Source: an uncultured Spirochaetota bacterium (lineage in GTDB: Bacteria > Spirochaetota > Spirochaetia > SZUA-6 > Fen-1364). Taken from it: a stretch of 64,000 nucleotides of DNA. The number at the start of each line of letters is the position of its first letter. The stretch's first letter is position 1. The translations under genes were made by a program, and so were the position numbers. Location of the stretch: contig CAVTHO010000003.1 of assembly GCA_963734545.1 (NCBI GenBank), positions 32,001 through 96,000 on the forward strand, written 5' to 3'. The notes under the pieces are model-generated. The model did no database searches and had not been told where the DNA came from. It saw only the letters and a program-made list of their open reading frames with translations. Below are positions 62,350 to 64,000 of this stretch, piece by piece.

Positions 62350-63180
62350 TCAGTTCTGTGCGAGGCGTCTCGCTTGCAGGGCAGCCCGGTTTTCGTGAAG
62401 AAACTGGAGAAGGTACTGCTGCACGTCGTCGAAGAACTCCCTCTGCATGAGGGTGCCGGCCCGGGTGATGTAGCGATAGTGCCAGCTTTCGTAGCGGTAG
62501 CCGGTGAGGTCTTCATAGCCGGGCGGGTAGGACAGGGAAAAGCCGTATTCCCCGGCGTGCGCGGCCAGCCATTTGCCGGCGCGCGTGTCCGCGAATTCAT
62601 CTGTAATCGAGCCAAAGTCCACGGCCGTGCCGAGCTGATGCTGCGACATTCCCGCCTGCGCTGACTCCCGATCAGCCGTCGCCTTGCCGTACAGCTTGAC
62701 TTCACGCTCGTAAACGGTGATCTGGTACTCGTACGAGCGATACCCCGAGGAAAAGACCAGCGTCAGCCCGTCCCCGCGCGCCGCCCGCGCCATTGCAAGC
62801 ACAGCCGGCATGATCGCCTTTCGGACGGACACGTCCGCCAGGGAAACGTCGAGATTGTAGTCCTTGTGAAGCCGGACAGGGTCCGGGGGTGCGTAGTCAG
62901 CCGGAAGCGGGTGCTTCTTGTCCACGAGGAGAAAGAAGTCCGCCGGTTCGTCCAGGACCTTTGCCGCGAGCTGGAGAAAGTCCTTCGGCCGCGCAAGGAT
63001 CCTGTCCTGGATCTGCCGGGGGAGGGACGACGTCATCCCCTGGAGATCCTCCCGCGAGAGAGAGAACTGCGCGGAGACACGCGCGCCCGCGGCGCGGCCG
63101 GGCTCAGGGAACAGCAGGCCCATCCCTGCCGCGAGGATCATGAGAAGGGGCAGGGCCTTCGACTGGTACGGTTTCCTCAT
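62350..63180 (-). CDS. M15B D,D-carboxypeptidase (VanY-like)
   Basis: SGYRSY..Q, SQHQLGTAVD (SxHxxGxAxD), ESWH. Confidence 0.9.
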   Translation of the reverse strand: MRKPYQSKALPLLMILAAGMGLLFPEPGRAAGARVSAQFSLSREDLQGMTSSLPRQIQDRILARPKDFLQLAAKVLDEPADFFLLVDKKHPLPADYAPPDPVRLHKDYNLDVSLADVSVRKAIMPAVLAMARAARGDGLTLVFSSGYRSYEYQITVYEREVKLYGKATADRESAQAGMSQHQLGTAVDFGSITDEFADTRAGKWLAAHAGEYGFSLSYPPGYEDLTGYRYESWHYRYITRAGTLMQREFFDDVQQYLLQFLHENRAALQARRLAQN

Positions 63181-63677
63181 GCCGAGCAATCCTTGCAGAG
63201 GCCGAACAAAGTGATGGCGTGGTCCCTGATCGAAAAGCTTTCACGTTTTGCGATGGCGGCTATCTGGTCGTCCTGCAGGCAGAAGTCGAGGTCCACCACG
63301 CGATGGCACTTCGTGCAGGCCAGGTGATGATGATGGCTTTGGCTCCCGCACAGTCGATAGCAGTGGGTCCCGTCCGCGAAATCGATGCGGTCCAGGACCT
63401 TCATGCGCACGAGCTTTTCGATGGATCGGTACACGGTGGCCCGGCCGATGCGGGGATTGGCCCTGCGCAGCCTCTTCAACAGCTCCTCCGCGGAGAACGC
63501 TGCTCCGCTGCGCCCCATGCGGATCAGGCTCTCCGCAATAGCCTGGCGCGGATGAGTGCTTCGTTCGCTGAACTGATCGAATGCCGCGGTGATCCTGTCC
63601 TCGATGTCCATACGGGCGCTTCCGCGCAGCGCAGATGATAGCGGATATCGCGGATCGTGCATATCCGGGTGTTTCAT
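63177..63677 (-). CDS. Fur family transcriptional regulator (Zur-like by context)
   Basis: ATVYR, HHHLACTKC, GLCKDC; ATG overlaps the permease stop (alternative start 63611). Confidence 0.88.
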   Translation of the reverse strand: MKHPDMHDPRYPLSSALRGSARMDIEDRITAAFDQFSERSTHPRQAIAESLIRMGRSGAAFSAEELLKRLRRANPRIGRATVYRSIEKLVRMKVLDRIDFADGTHCYRLCGSQSHHHHLACTKCHRVVDLDFCLQDDQIAAIAKRESFSIRDHAITLFGLCKDCSA

Positions 63678-64000
63678 GGGCTTCTCCCGTTTCCGCGCAC
63701 CTCCCTGTCCAAGTCGCGGATCTCCCGTACACGGCGCAAGCGCCCCCGGCGTCCCATAAGGACCGCGGCCAGGTACACCAGGGCGGACAAAGTGGAAATC
63801 GAGAACCCGACCGGAGGGTGGCGCCACGTACCCACGAATGAAACCAGGAGTCCTCCCCAGGTCACCCCCAGCGCGAGCGCGACCGAGAGAAGAATGGATC
63901 GGACGGGCCGACGGGTCACCTGTATCGCCGCCGCCGCAGGGGCGATCAGGAGCGAAACCGAAAGAAGAACTCCGACCACGAGCGTGCTCGCGGATGCGGC
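63674..64000 (-). CDS. metal ABC transporter permease (ZnuB/ABC-3 family), partial
   Basis: VVGVLLSVSLLIAPAAAA, PPVGFSI; runs off window. Confidence 0.8.
   Translation of the reverse strand, partial: AASASTLVVGVLLSVSLLIAPAAAAIQVTRRPVRSILLSVALALGVTWGGLLVSFVGTWRHPPVGFSISTLSALVYLAAVLMGRRGRLRRVREIRDLDREVRGNGRSP

Noticed and set aside
62350-63180. Glycopeptide resistance gene
   Set aside because: Lone M15B peptidase with no vanHAX or vanRS context; likely housekeeping

Overview
High-GC bacterial chromosome segment. Gene content and order (murB divergent from cysS-ECF sigma-anti-sigma, a TatT/TRAP system, many lipoproteins) suggest a free-living spirochaete; this is inference. Positions 1-43660 are mostly housekeeping: polyprenyl synthase, ackA, murB, cysS, a sugar ABC operon, alr, ilvC, an OmpA-domain protein, a degenerate DEAD-box protein, trmB, dksA, infA, argJ, purC, clpP, mtnP, era, nth, argR. 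Many of these carry single-base frameshifts that look like consensus/assembly errors. Three tRNAs are present: Cys-GCA, Pro-TGG and Arg-TCT. Most interesting signals: (1) two tandem integrase-free islands (43873-55082, 55083-56840) separating tRNA-Pro from tRNA-Arg, each closed by a duplicated tRNA-Pro 3' end, the outer copy reading GGG instead of TGG at the anticodon; (2) an nhaA-I/Li+-type riboswitch coupled to a terminator ahead of a microprotein and a cation/H+ antiporter; (3) a dispersed REP-like hairpin family with compensatory base changes, including a perfect 4x27 bp array at the argR start; (4) an orphan ~94 nt RNA with consensus sigma70 hexamers and its own terminator; (5) two tandem lipoproteins sharing a 916 bp near-identical stalk but with divergent beta-propeller heads; (6) a SARP/BTAD regulator divergent from a DUF4242-cyclase operon with 11 bp-phased direct repeats; (7) sigma54-type promoters ahead of a B12 radical SAM + TPAT transporter operon. 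All calls were made by eye; no database searches were run.
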